From positions 1 through 45,132 of the forward strand of contig CAYRHS010000003.1 of NCBI GenBank assembly GCA_964424125.1: a DNA stretch of 45,132 nucleotides. Direction: 5' to 3'. Position numbers and translations under genes: made by a program. Each line of letters opens with the position of its first letter. Positions within the stretch are counted from its first letter, which is position 1. Under the pieces are notes generated by a model that made no database searches, had not been told where the DNA came from, and saw only the letters and a list, made by a program, of their open reading frames with translations. Positions 35,270 to 44,915 of this stretch are shown one piece after another. The DNA comes from an uncultured Burkholderiales bacterium (lineage in GTDB: Bacteria; Actinomycetota; Acidimicrobiia; IMCC26256; JAOSJL01).

Positions 35270-36475
35270 ATGCCCCACCGACTGATCGCGTTGGTCATCG
35301 CGGTGCTCCTGGGGGCGGCAGCATGCTCGTCGGGAGCGAGCTCGAGTCCCGACGTCGAGCGCGCGTCGTCGACGGCGAACCCACCCGCGCCGGACGGCGA
35401 CGTCTACCTACCTCCCGACCCGCTGCCCGCGGGTGCGCCCGGCGACCTGATCTGGGCCGAGGAGATCGAAGCGCTCCCCGAGGCCCGCGCCTGGCGGGTC
35501 CTGTACCACTCCGAGAGCCTCGACGGCGAGGACATCGCGGTGTCGGGCGTCGTCGTCGCGCCGGACGAGCCTGCGCCCGAGGATGGACGGCCCGTCGTGA
35601 CCTGGGCGCACGGGACCACGGGCATCGCGGACGCGTGCGCGCCGTCGAAGCACGAGTCGGTCGCGGACGTCGTCCCGTCGTTGCGGGAGCTGCTGGACGC
35701 GGGCTATGTCGTCGCCACCACCGACTACGAAGGGCTCGGCACGCCGGGAGTCCATCCCTTCCTCGTCGGCGTGAGCGAGGGCCGAGGCGTGCTCGACGCG
35801 GCGCGTGCCGCGGCCTCGATCGAGGACACCGGCGCAAGCAACCGCGTGGCCGTTTGGGGCCACTCGCAAGGAGGTCACGCGGCGCTCTTCGCGGGCCAGA
35901 TCGCTCCCGAGTACGCACCCGATCTCGACCTCGTGGGCGTCGCCGCCGGCGCGCCGGTGGGCAACCTGGCGCTCCTGTGGAAGGTGACGTGGAAGGTCCC
36001 TGACTTCGTGGGCTTCGTCGTGCTCGGCGGCTACGGGTTCGCCGCCGCGTACCCCGACGCCGACCCCGGGGACCTGCTCACCCGCGATGCGAGCGAGGAC
36101 GCGTCGGCGGTCGAGGAGCTCTGCATCGGCGAGTTGCTCGACGCGTTCGACCGGCCTGTCGACCAGGTGATCGCCCGCAGCCCGCTCGACGTCGCCCCCT
36201 GGCCCGAGCTCCTCGACGAGAACACGCCCGGCGCTGTCGCGACCGAGGCGCCGCTGTTCGTGTTCCAGGGCTCCGAGGACACGCTCGTTCCGGAGGCGAT
36301 CACCGAGGAGTGGTACGGGCGGGTGTGCGGTCTGGGCTCGAAGGTCGAGCTCGCCGTCTACCAGGGCGCCGACCACCGGAGCGTGATGGACGACGCTCGC
36401 TCCGACACCCTCTCGTGGATCGCCGATCGGTTCGCGGGTGTCGCTCCTGCGCCGGAGTGCGTGACCCGGAGCTAG
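35270..36475 (+). CDS. secreted lipase (LIP family) lipoprotein
   Basis: Lipobox LLGAAAC, nucleophile elbow GHSQGG, and the overall LIP-family pattern (TDYEGLGTPGVHPF). Confidence 0.8.
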   Translation: MPHRLIALVIAVLLGAAACSSGASSSPDVERASSTANPPAPDGDVYLPPDPLPAGAPGDLIWAEEIEALPEARAWRVLYHSESLDGEDIAVSGVVVAPDEPAPEDGRPVVTWAHGTTGIADACAPSKHESVADVVPSLRELLDAGYVVATTDYEGLGTPGVHPFLVGVSEGRGVLDAARAAASIEDTGASNRVAVWGHSQGGHAALFAGQIAPEYAPDLDLVGVAAGAPVGNLALLWKVTWKVPDFVGFVVLGGYGFAAAYPDADPGDLLTRDASEDASAVEELCIGELLDAFDRPVDQVIARSPLDVAPWPELLDENTPGAVATEAPLFVFQGSEDTLVPEAITEEWYGRVCGLGSKVELAVYQGADHRSVMDDARSDTLSWIADRFAGVAPAPECVTRS

Positions 36476-37569
36476 GCGGGCCCGTCCCACGCGCCGGCCG
36501 GTGCCGGGTCCTGGAAGACGCGATGGGTGAGGCCGTGCTCCGCTCGCGCGGCGGTGAGGCGGTCGGCCTCGCCGGCCTCGAGCGGGAAGTGACAGGCCAC
36601 GAAGTGCGACGGCGCGATCTCCCGGATCTCGGGCTCCTCACGAGTGCAGCGCTCCTGGGCCTTCGGGCAGCGCGTGCGGAACCGACAGCCGCTCGGGGGC
36701 GCGACCGGCGAGGGGATCTCGGTGCCGAACTCCTCCACGCGTCCCGTGTGCAGCTCGGGATCGGGGACCGGGATCGCGGTGAGAAGCGCGGCGGTGTACG
36801 GATGGGTCGGTGACTCGTAGAGCGTGTCCGCCGTCGCGATCTCGCAGAGCTTGCCCAGGTACATCACCGCGACTCGGTCACTCACGTTCTTGACGACCGC
36901 GAGGTCGTGCGCGATGAAGACCAGGGTCAGCCCATAGCGCTGCTTCATGTCCTCGAGCAGGTTGAGGATCTGGGCCTGCACCGACACGTCGAGCGCCGAG
37001 ACCGGCTCGTCGCAGATGATGAGCTTCGGGTCGAGGACGAGCGCGCGCGCGATCGAGATGCGCTGGCATTGGCCACCCGAGAACTCGTGCGGCCGACGAC
37101 GCATGGACGCATCGGGATCGAGCCCCACCGTCTCCAGGAGGTCCCGAACCCTCGCCTCGCGCTCCGAGGCATTCCCGTTCCCCCAGACCCGCATGGGCTC
37201 GCCGACGATGTCGCCGACGCGACGACGCGGGTTCAACGACGAGATGGGGTCCTGGAAGATCATCTGGAGCCGCGGCCGGACCCGGCGCAGCGACTCGCCC
37301 GAGAGCTCGGTGAGCTCGTCGCCTTCGAAGCGCACCCGGCCCGCGGTGGGCGGAGGGAGCTGCAGGATCGCCCGGCCGGTCGTGGACTTCCCGCAGCCCG
37401 ACTCGCCCACGAGCCCGAGGGTCTCGCCCGGGAGCACGTCGAAGCTCACGTCGGAGACGGCGTGGACGCTCAGGCCGGTCCGCCCCACCGGGAACTCGAC
37501 GACGAGGTGCTCGACGCGCAGCAGCGCCTCTTCGTCCGGGCGGAGGTGCGCGGTCCCGCTCCCGGCCAT
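36472..37569 (-). CDS. peptide ABC transporter ATP-binding protein (OppF/DppF-like)
   Basis: Walker A GESGCGKST, signature FSGGQCQR, Walker B ICDEPVSALD, and an oligopeptide C-terminal domain with CRFRTRCP...C. The ATG overlaps the upstream stop (ATGA). Confidence 0.92.
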   Translation of the reverse strand: MAGSGTAHLRPDEEALLRVEHLVVEFPVGRTGLSVHAVSDVSFDVLPGETLGLVGESGCGKSTTGRAILQLPPPTAGRVRFEGDELTELSGESLRRVRPRLQMIFQDPISSLNPRRRVGDIVGEPMRVWGNGNASEREARVRDLLETVGLDPDASMRRRPHEFSGGQCQRISIARALVLDPKLIICDEPVSALDVSVQAQILNLLEDMKQRYGLTLVFIAHDLAVVKNVSDRVAVMYLGKLCEIATADTLYESPTHPYTAALLTAIPVPDPELHTGRVEEFGTEIPSPVAPPSGCRFRTRCPKAQERCTREEPEIREIAPSHFVACHFPLEAGEADRLTAARAEHGLTHRVFQDPAPAGAWDGPA

Positions 37570-38672
37570 CAGTCGGCGCCTCCGGCCGGTGCCAGCCCCG
37601 CAGACCGATTCCGCTCTAGCGCCTCGCGCCCCTCGGGCGTGCCCACCGGGAACCAGCACCGGAACTTGTGGCCGGCGGTCGCGGCCGGCCGCAGCGGAGG
37701 CTCTTCCTCGCGGCAGCGGTCCTGCACGTAGGGGCAGCGCGGCGCGAAGCGGCACCCGGGAGGTGGGCTGACCAGGTCGGGTGGGCGGCCCCCGATGGCG
37801 TGCAAACGGGTGTGGCTCCGGTCGGCGATCCGGGGGATCGATCGCATCAGCGCCTCGGTGTAGGGCATGCGCATCTCGGCGAACAGCGTGCGGGTGGGCG
37901 CCCGCTCGACGATCCGGCCCGCGTACATCACCGCGATGTCGTCGGCACGCCCGGCGACGACACCGAGGTCGTGGGTGACGAGCACGATGGCCATGAATCG
38001 CTCGCGTTGCTGCTCGTCGAGGAGATCGAGGATCTGGGCCTGCACGGTCACGTCGAGCGCTGTCGTGGGTTCGTCGGCGAAGAGGAGCTTCGGCCCGCAT
38101 GCGAGCGCGATGGCGATCGTGACCCGCTGGCGCATCCCTCCCGAGAGCTGATGCGGGTACTCGCGCATCCGCTGCGCGGGCTCGGGGATCCCCACCGAGC
38201 GCAGGAGGTTGACGGCCGTCTCCGCCGCGTAGCTACGCGAGACGTCGAGATGGGTCCGTAGTGACTCGGTGATCTGGGCGCCGACGCGCATCACGGGGTT
38301 CAGTGACGTCATCGGGTCCTGGAAGACCATCGCCATCTGCGGACCCCAGAAGCCGCGGAGCTCCTTGGGGGACAGGGCCGTGAGGTCTTGGCCGTCGAAG
38401 CGCACGGTGCCGCGGCGTACGACGTTGTGGGCGGGGAGCAGGCCCATGATCGACCGGGAGAGCACAGTCTTGCCCGACCCCGATTCGCCCACGACGCCGA
38501 GCGTTCGTCCCCGTTCGAGGGTGAACGACACGCCGTCGACCGCGTGCACGGTGCCACGTTCGGTGCGGAACCAGGTCTTCAGACCCTCGACCTCCAGGAG
38601 CGCACCGGCCGGCGCCTGGTCGGGGAACCGATCGCCGGCAGGCTCCGCGAACGACGACGCCCCGGCGGTCAC
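37569..38672 (-). CDS. peptide ABC transporter ATP-binding protein (OppD/DppD-like)
   Basis: [27 protein letters not shown], and a C-terminal [14 protein letters not shown]. Confidence 0.92.
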   Translation of the reverse strand: MTAGASSFAEPAGDRFPDQAPAGALLEVEGLKTWFRTERGTVHAVDGVSFTLERGRTLGVVGESGSGKTVLSRSIMGLLPAHNVVRRGTVRFDGQDLTALSPKELRGFWGPQMAMVFQDPMTSLNPVMRVGAQITESLRTHLDVSRSYAAETAVNLLRSVGIPEPAQRMREYPHQLSGGMRQRVTIAIALACGPKLLFADEPTTALDVTVQAQILDLLDEQQRERFMAIVLVTHDLGVVAGRADDIAVMYAGRIVERAPTRTLFAEMRMPYTEALMRSIPRIADRSHTRLHAIGGRPPDLVSPPPGCRFAPRCPYVQDRCREEEPPLRPAATAGHKFRCWFPVGTPEGREALERNRSAGLAPAGGAD

Positions 38673-39643
38673 AGCCCCGCCTCTTTCACGTCGAAGAAAG
38701 CCCGGAGCTGGTCACCGGCGAGGTTGAGGCTCAGCACCGTGAGGAAGAGCGCGGCGCACGGAATGAACACGACCTGCGGCTCGTGCGCGATGTTGCGCGC
38801 GCCGTCCGCGATCATCTGCCCCCACGTGATCGACTCGGGATCGGCCACGCCGATCAGCGACAGCGACGCCTCGGCGACGATCACGATCGCGACGACGATG
38901 AGCGCGAAAGAAGCCATCGCAGGAAGGACGTTGGGGAGCACGTCCCGGCGCAGGATCCGGCCGCGGGGCGCGCCGAGTGCCCGCGACGCGAGCACGAACT
39001 CCCGCTGGGCGAAGACGAGCGTGTTGGCGCGCGCGATGCGGATGATGGGCCAGATGGCGATGATCCCGAGGATGAGCGCGATCTGGCTCACGCCGTTCCC
39101 CCAGAACGAGGCCAGCGCGATCGCGAGCACGATCGCCGGGAACGAGAGCATCACGTCGGTGGCCCAGAGGATCACTGCTTCGGTCTTGCCCCGGTAGTAG
39201 CCGGCCAGGAGGCCGCCGAGGCCGCCGAGGACGAGGCCGAAGAACGCGGCGCTGAACCCGATGATGAGCGGTACCCGTCCGCCGTGGAGGACGCGAGAGA
39301 GGAGATCGCGGCCGAGCTCGTCGGTTCCGAGCCAGTGGTTGGCGCTCGGGCCCGCGAACTGCGCGGTCGCGTCGGTCTCGTTCGGATCCGGGAGCGGCAG
39401 CCAGCTAGCGGTGAACACGAGCACGACGATGAGCAGGAACAACCCGGCCGCGATCCAGAATCCGATGCCCAACCGCCGCTTGACCGCGGTCTCGAGCTCC
39501 GTGTCGACGAGCTCCACGGACTCCACCGCGTCGGCGTAGACCTCGGCGGGCGCCTCGGCGAAGAGCTGGTCGCTCTCGTGCGGCTCCGTCAGTGCGGGGC
39601 CGGCCGGCGGCGCCGACTCGGGGTCAGGCGATAGCTCGGGCAT
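38669..39643 (-). CDS. peptide ABC transporter permease (OppC/DppC-like)
   Basis: NHWLGTDELGRDLLSRV N-terminal OppC motif and 6 TM segments. ATG at 39643. The start region overlaps the 3' end of the upstream permease by 20 nt. Confidence 0.9.
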   Translation of the reverse strand: MPELSPDPESAPPAGPALTEPHESDQLFAEAPAEVYADAVESVELVDTELETAVKRRLGIGFWIAAGLFLLIVVLVFTASWLPLPDPNETDATAQFAGPSANHWLGTDELGRDLLSRVLHGGRVPLIIGFSAAFFGLVLGGLGGLLAGYYRGKTEAVILWATDVMLSFPAIVLAIALASFWGNGVSQIALILGIIAIWPIIRIARANTLVFAQREFVLASRALGAPRGRILRRDVLPNVLPAMASFALIVVAIVIVAEASLSLIGVADPESITWGQMIADGARNIAHEPQVVFIPCAALFLTVLSLNLAGDQLRAFFDVKEAGL

Positions 39644-40559
39644 GACGAATCCGTGGATCGAGCCAGGCGTACAGGAGATCGACGGCGAGATTGAACACGA
39701 CGTACGCGATCGCCACGACCAGGACCACGCCCTGCACCACCAGGTAGTCGTCCTTGAGCACACTGTTGATGGCGAGGCGCCCGATGCCGTTGATGGCGAA
39801 GATGAACTCGATGATGAACGCACCGCCGATGAGGCGGCCCATGTTGAGCCCGGCCACGGTGACGAGCGTGAACGTCGAGGGCCGGAAGGCGTGGCGGAGC
39901 AGGATCCGTGAACGGCTGAGCCCCTTCGCCTTGGCCATCATGATGTAGTCCTCTTGCAGCGTCGCGACCATGTCCGAGCGCAGCAGGCGCATGTACACGG
40001 CAGCTTCGGCGAGCCCGAGCGCCAGCGCGGGGAGGAACAGCGACGTGAAGCGCGCGTCGGGTTCGAACAGCGAGGGGAACCACCCGAGTTTCGAGGCGAA
40101 GACGAAGATGAAGACGTAGGCGAGGACGAAGCTCGGGATGGAGAGGAACCCGAAGGCCGTCATCGAGGCCCCGCGGTCCAACCAGCCACCGGCGCGCTGG
40201 GCCGCCAGGATGCCGAGCGGGATACCGATCAGGAGCGCCAGCACCTGCGCGTAGATCAGCAGGTAGATGGTGTTGCCGATGCGCTCGGCGATCTTGGTCG
40301 AGACCGGTTCCTTGTCGACGAAGGACTTCCCGAGGTCGCCCGTCACCGCGTGGCCGAGCCAGTCGACGTAGCGGACGGGGAGCGGCCGGTCGAGGTCCAG
40401 CTCCTCACGGACCGCCTGGCGGTTCTCCTCGCTCGCCGACGCCCCGAGGATGGCCACCTCGGGCCCGCCCGGGAGCAGGTTGACGAGCAGGAACGTCAGC
40501 ATCGAGACGGCCAGGAGCACCGGGATCAGGTAGAGCACCTTCCGGACCAGGTAGCGCAT
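39624..40559 (-). CDS. peptide ABC transporter permease (OppB/DppB-like)
   Basis: MRYLVRKVLYLIPVLLAVSMLTFLL N-terminus and a BPD-type permease core (KAKGLSRSRILLRHAFR). Confidence 0.92.
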   Translation of the reverse strand: MRYLVRKVLYLIPVLLAVSMLTFLLVNLLPGGPEVAILGASASEENRQAVREELDLDRPLPVRYVDWLGHAVTGDLGKSFVDKEPVSTKIAERIGNTIYLLIYAQVLALLIGIPLGILAAQRAGGWLDRGASMTAFGFLSIPSFVLAYVFIFVFASKLGWFPSLFEPDARFTSLFLPALALGLAEAAVYMRLLRSDMVATLQEDYIMMAKAKGLSRSRILLRHAFRPSTFTLVTVAGLNMGRLIGGAFIIEFIFAINGIGRLAINSVLKDDYLVVQGVVLVVAIAYVVFNLAVDLLYAWLDPRIRHARAIA

Positions 40560-40616
40560 CGAGCCGCTCGCTCGCTCCTCGTCGTCTCTTCGTGTGTCGA
40601 GTCGCTCTCCCGGCGC

Positions 40617-42254
40617 CTACGAGCGCCAGATCTGTGAGGTCTGGTAGCGCCCGCGGATGATCGGCAGGCCTTCCTCGCCGTCGGGCAGCTGCCAGTCGAT
40701 CACCGACTTGATGTCGTCCTGCCAGGCCACGCCCCAGGCCGTGTGGTAGAGGCGGACGTAGACGGCGGCGTCGTTCTGACGCTGCGCCACCTCCCAGTAG
40801 AGCTCCTTGCGGGTGTCGAAGTCCGTGGTCTCGCGCGCCTCCTGGAGCAGCCGGTCGATCTCGGGGTCACGGTTGCGCACGAAGTTGATCGGGAGCGGGC
40901 CGTCGGCGTTGGCGGAGAACCACCAGATCGAGTCACCGTCGGGGTCGGGGTCGCCGAACTGCCGCACGAGGTTGATGTCGTAGTCGCCCGTGATCAGGTC
41001 CACGATGAACTCGGACTGCTCGACGAACGTGAGCTCCACGTCGATTCCGACCTCCTCGAGGTTCTCCTTGACGAACTCGACGCTCGCCCGGTTGTTCGGG
41101 TTCGGCGTCGTGCCCAGCCGCAGGCTGATCTGCTCGCCCGTCTCGCTCTCGTACTCGTCGACGAGCTCACGCGCCTTGTCGGGGTCGTAGCCGATGTGGG
41201 TGACGTTGTCGCCCGGATACCACTTCGATTCGGGTCCCCAGGGGCTGTCCGCGATCTCGGTCACGCCGGCGCCGAGCAGGTCGTTGTGGCCTTCCCGGTC
41301 GACGGCGTAAGAGATCGCCATGCGTACGCGCTCGTCGGCGAGCTGGCCGTTGGGGTTGTCCTGGTTGAGGTAGAGGCTTTCTTCTTCGTCGTCGGCCGCG
41401 ATGAAGTAGTCGATCCCCGACGCGTTCTTGAAGGTCGCGATCTCCTCGTTGCGCTCTGTCTGGGTGAGGTCGATGTCGCCCGTGACCACCGCCTGCGACC
41501 GCGCTTGCTCGTCGGGAACGATGCGGAAGGTGATCTTGTCGAGGTACGGGAGGCCCTCGCGCCAGTAGTTGTCGTTGCGCACGAAGACGGTCTCGGCGTC
41601 GATCGTCCGGCTCTCGAGCTTGAACGGTCCGGTGCCGATCGGGTCCTGGGGCGCGCCGTCGGGCGCGTCGAGCTGGGACGGCGCAGCCATGTAGCCGAGC
41701 TGGTTCGCGAACTGGACCGGCAGCGTCGCCCACGGCCGCTCCGTGGTCAGCTTCAGGGTCAGGTCGTCGACGATCTCGGGGGAGTTGAGCCCCGCGAGCG
41801 TGGGTGCGGTGAGCGGGGACTCGAGCAGCCCGTCGAGGTTGCGCTTCACCGCGGCTGCGTCGAGTGGGGTCCCGTCATGGAACTGGATGTTCGGGCGGAG
41901 CTTCAGCTCGAACTGGGTGAAGTCGTCGTTCGTGGGCTCGAACGACTCGGCGAGGTAGGGGCGGATCTCGCCGTCCGCGTTGTAGGCCATCAGCGGGTCG
42001 AAGACCGCGGCGGCCATCTGGAGGCCGGCGAGCGCCCAGGTGTTCTCCTCGGGGTTCAATCCGTCGGTGTCGGCCTCGAGGCCGGCGACGATCTCGCCGC
42101 CCTGTTGCGGCGGGCCCGCGGTCTCGCCGCCCCCGCCGCCGCTCTCGTCGGAGTCGTTGCCGCCCGCGCAGGCGACGAGCGCGAGGCTCAGCGCGGCCCC
42201 GACCGCCAGGACACGCAGGCCTGTCGAGCGCCGGTCACGGATCCACTGCAGCAC
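40617..42254 (-). CDS. peptide/nickel ABC substrate-binding lipoprotein (family 5), paralogue 1
   Basis: Lipobox LALVAC and the family-5 SBP pattern (FELKLRPNIQFHDGTPLDAAAVKRN, GTGPFKL). GTG at 42254. Confidence 0.88.
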   Translation of the reverse strand: MLQWIRDRRSTGLRVLAVGAALSLALVACAGGNDSDESGGGGGETAGPPQQGGEIVAGLEADTDGLNPEENTWALAGLQMAAAVFDPLMAYNADGEIRPYLAESFEPTNDDFTQFELKLRPNIQFHDGTPLDAAAVKRNLDGLLESPLTAPTLAGLNSPEIVDDLTLKLTTERPWATLPVQFANQLGYMAAPSQLDAPDGAPQDPIGTGPFKLESRTIDAETVFVRNDNYWREGLPYLDKITFRIVPDEQARSQAVVTGDIDLTQTERNEEIATFKNASGIDYFIAADDEEESLYLNQDNPNGQLADERVRMAISYAVDREGHNDLLGAGVTEIADSPWGPESKWYPGDNVTHIGYDPDKARELVDEYESETGEQISLRLGTTPNPNNRASVEFVKENLEEVGIDVELTFVEQSEFIVDLITGDYDINLVRQFGDPDPDGDSIWWFSANADGPLPINFVRNRDPEIDRLLQEARETTDFDTRKELYWEVAQRQNDAAVYVRLYHTAWGVAWQDDIKSVIDWQLPDGEEGLPIIRGRYQTSQIWRS

Positions 42255-42394
42255 GCTGTTCCCCCCGGATGGACGGCTCGGCCGCAGAAGAACTTTCGCG
42301 ACCGTGTGACCCCCGTCACATTGCACCGTAGCGGGCGAAAACTAGCAGTTGGAGTCGGCGGCCGTCCCGCGAGCCCGGACCCGACACGGCGGCA

Positions 42395-44005
42395 TCATCC
42401 CGAGCGCCAGATCTGGAAGACGCGGAACCAACTGTTCTCGAGCGGGACTCCCTGCGTGCCGTCCGGGAACTCCCAGGTCCCCACGTCCCGGACCGACGGC
42501 TGGAACCCGACGACCCAGTTGGTGTGGCCGAGCCACAGGTAGGGCAGGTCCTCGAGCAGGCGCTCGGCGACGATGCGGTACTGCGCCTTGCGCTCGTCGA
42601 CGTCGTCCGTCATTCGCGCGGCGAAGAGCGCCTCGTCGATGTGCGGGTCGCGGTTGCGGGCGAAGTTCAACGCGATGGGCCCCTCCGCGTTCTCCGAAAA
42701 CCACCAGATGGAGTCCCCATCGGGGTCTTCCGCGTTGAACTGGCGCCAGACGAGCGCCTGGTAGTTGCCGCTGATCACGTCGGTGATGAGCGTGCTCTGC
42801 TCGCTTTGGTCGAGCGTGACGGCGACGCCGACCTCCTCCCACTGTTGGGCGACGACTTGTTGGGTCCGTTCCGCCTCGGGGACCGGGGTGGTCCCGAGGC
42901 GGATCTCGACCGGGTGCCCAGTGTCGGCTTCGTAGTCGGCCAGCAGCTCCCGGGCGCGCTCCGGGTCGTGGTCGGGGAACTCCAGCCCTCCCGGGTACCA
43001 GGGCGAGTCCGGAGGCCAGGGGCTGTTGGCGAGGCGCGTGATCCCCTCGACGCCCACGAGCTTCAGCCATTCGTCCCGGTCGATTGCCAGGGCGAGCGCA
43101 AGCCGCACGCGTTCGTCGTCGAGCGGGGGCTGCTCGACGTTGAGCATCACGAAGCTTTCGTCGCCGTCGAAGTTCTCGAGCGAGTCGAGGTCCGGGTCGT
43201 CGCGGATCGCTTGCACGTCCTCCGAACGTTGCGAGGCGGCGATGTCGAGCTCGCCCGTCTGCAATGCCTGGATGCGCGTCACCGTGTCGGGAACGACCCG
43301 GAAGGTGATGCGGTCGAGGAGGGGGAATCCCTCCCGCCAGTAGTCGTCGTTGCGGACCACGACGGTCTGCGCGTCGAGGGTCCGCGACTCGAGCGTGAAC
43401 GGACCCGTGCCGACCGGGGCCTGCGGGTCGGGGTTCTCGGAGTCGAGCCACGAGGGCGCGCCGATGAAACCAGGTTGCCCGGCGAAGAAGACGGGCAGGG
43501 TCGACCAGGGCCGCGTGGTCGTGAGCTTCAGGGTGAGGTCGTCGACGATCTCCGGCTCCTGGAGGTCGCGGAACACGGGCCCGACGAGCAGGGAGTCCCG
43601 GGCGCGGTCGATGTTGAGCTTCACCGCGGCCGCGCCGAGCGGGGTCCCGTCGTGGAACTGGATGCCCGGCCGGAGCTTCAGCTCGAACTCGGTGAAGTTG
43701 TCGTTGGTCGCCTGGAACGACTCCGCGAGGTACGGCTCGAGCGTCCCGTCCGCGCTCGGAGCCATGAGCGGGTCGAGGATTGCAACGGCCATCTGGTAGG
43801 TGGCCGGGCTCCACTGGCTCGTCGCGGGGTCGAGCCCGTCCGCCTCGGCGTCCAGGCCGACGACGAGCTCGCCGCCACGCCTCGGCGAACCGCCCTGGCT
43901 GTCGTCGCCTCCGTCGTCGTCACCGCTGCTGCACGCGGCGAACGCCAACACGAGCACCAGCACGAACGCGGCCCACCGCAGCCGGCGTCCCCCCGTTCCC
44001 CCCAC
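42395..44005 (-). CDS. peptide/nickel ABC substrate-binding lipoprotein (family 5), paralogue 2
   Basis: Lipobox LAFAAC, FELKLRPGIQFHDGTPLGAAAVKLN and GTGPFTL. Collinear similarity to paralogue 1 runs to the shared QIWRS C-terminus. GTG at 44005 is tentative. Confidence 0.85.
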   Translation of the reverse strand: MGGTGGRRLRWAAFVLVLVLAFAACSSGDDDGGDDSQGGSPRRGGELVVGLDAEADGLDPATSQWSPATYQMAVAILDPLMAPSADGTLEPYLAESFQATNDNFTEFELKLRPGIQFHDGTPLGAAAVKLNIDRARDSLLVGPVFRDLQEPEIVDDLTLKLTTTRPWSTLPVFFAGQPGFIGAPSWLDSENPDPQAPVGTGPFTLESRTLDAQTVVVRNDDYWREGFPLLDRITFRVVPDTVTRIQALQTGELDIAASQRSEDVQAIRDDPDLDSLENFDGDESFVMLNVEQPPLDDERVRLALALAIDRDEWLKLVGVEGITRLANSPWPPDSPWYPGGLEFPDHDPERARELLADYEADTGHPVEIRLGTTPVPEAERTQQVVAQQWEEVGVAVTLDQSEQSTLITDVISGNYQALVWRQFNAEDPDGDSIWWFSENAEGPIALNFARNRDPHIDEALFAARMTDDVDERKAQYRIVAERLLEDLPYLWLGHTNWVVGFQPSVRDVGTWEFPDGTQGVPLENSWFRVFQIWRSG

Positions 44006-44243
44006 GCGTGAACCCCCGGTCCTCGATCCGGACGAACGGTACGAAGGTCGACGCTCCCACGTCAACGCGCCGCGGGGAGAAGAGATAAGTGTCCGGGAAT
44101 GCCGCACCCCCCCCGCCTCGTGACGCTTCTCAGGGATGCCCCGTCCGGCACTTCGGGAAAGGGCGCCGGTCTGGCTACGGTGCGCCAGGTGCCGGCGACC
44201 GCAGCAAGGGGTTGGTACGCACACACCGAGAGGGGATCGACGA

Positions 44244-44915
44244 GTGTCTCAACTGCTGCGAGTGCAGAACTTCTGCGTGTCGATGGACGGGTTCGGCGCT
44301 GGCGAAGGCCAGAGCCTCGAGGCGCCCTTCGGACATGCCAGCCCCAGAGGTGGTGGCGTCGTCCACCTCCCGGCCGACCTGGCCTCGTGGGCGTTCGCCA
44401 CCGCGAGCTGGCCGAACCGAACCGAGCCCGGCGGATCCCGCGGGCTGGACGACTACTTCACTCGCGACTACGCGCGGAACATTGGTGCGGAGATCATGGG
44501 CCGCAACAAGTTCGGGCCGCAGCGTGGCCCATGGGAGAACCTCGACTGGAAGGGGTGGTGGGGAGACACTCCGCCCTTCCACACCCCCGTTTTCGTCCTC
44601 ACCCACCACCACCGACCGAGCTTCACGCTGGCCGACACCACGTTCCACTTCCTCGATGCGACACCCGCGGAGGCGTTGCGGCAAGCCAAGAGCGCCGCTG
44701 AGGGGAAGGACGTACGGCTCGGAGGCGGCGTCGCCACTGTTCGGCAGTTCCTCGAGGCGGATCTCATCGACACCATCCATGTCGCCGTCGCGCCGATCGA
44801 GATCGGCCGTGGGGAGCGACTCTGGACCTCCCACGAGGACCTGGTCGACCGGTACCACCTCGAGTCCGTTCCCAGCCCCAGCGGTGTGACGCACCTACTC
44901 TTCTGGCGGCGGTAA
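44244..44915 (+). CDS. dihydrofolate-reductase-like (RibD C-terminal domain) family protein
   Basis: QNFCVSMDGFGAG...IMGRNKFGPQRGPW...WKGWWGDTPPFHTPVFVLTHH...DVRLGGGVATVRQFL is characteristic of this family. GAGAGGGG lies upstream of GTG 44244. TAA stop. Confidence 0.8.
   Translation: MSQLLRVQNFCVSMDGFGAGEGQSLEAPFGHASPRGGGVVHLPADLASWAFATASWPNRTEPGGSRGLDDYFTRDYARNIGAEIMGRNKFGPQRGPWENLDWKGWWGDTPPFHTPVFVLTHHHRPSFTLADTTFHFLDATPAEALRQAKSAAEGKDVRLGGGVATVRQFLEADLIDTIHVAVAPIEIGRGERLWTSHEDLVDRYHLESVPSPSGVTHLLFWRR

Noticed and set aside
44006-44243. 238-bp divergent intergenic region with CGCCTCGTGAC and GCGCCAGGTGCC, vaguely reminiscent of ZTP (pfl) riboswitch elements upstream of the DHFR-like gene
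   Set aside because: I could not build the required P1/P2 pairings or find the conserved CCGCCUGGGC pseudoknot strand. This is more likely plain promoter DNA, with a possible TTGACG-18-TACCGT on the minus strand for the binding-protein operon. A covariance-model scan (Rfam RF01750) would settle it.
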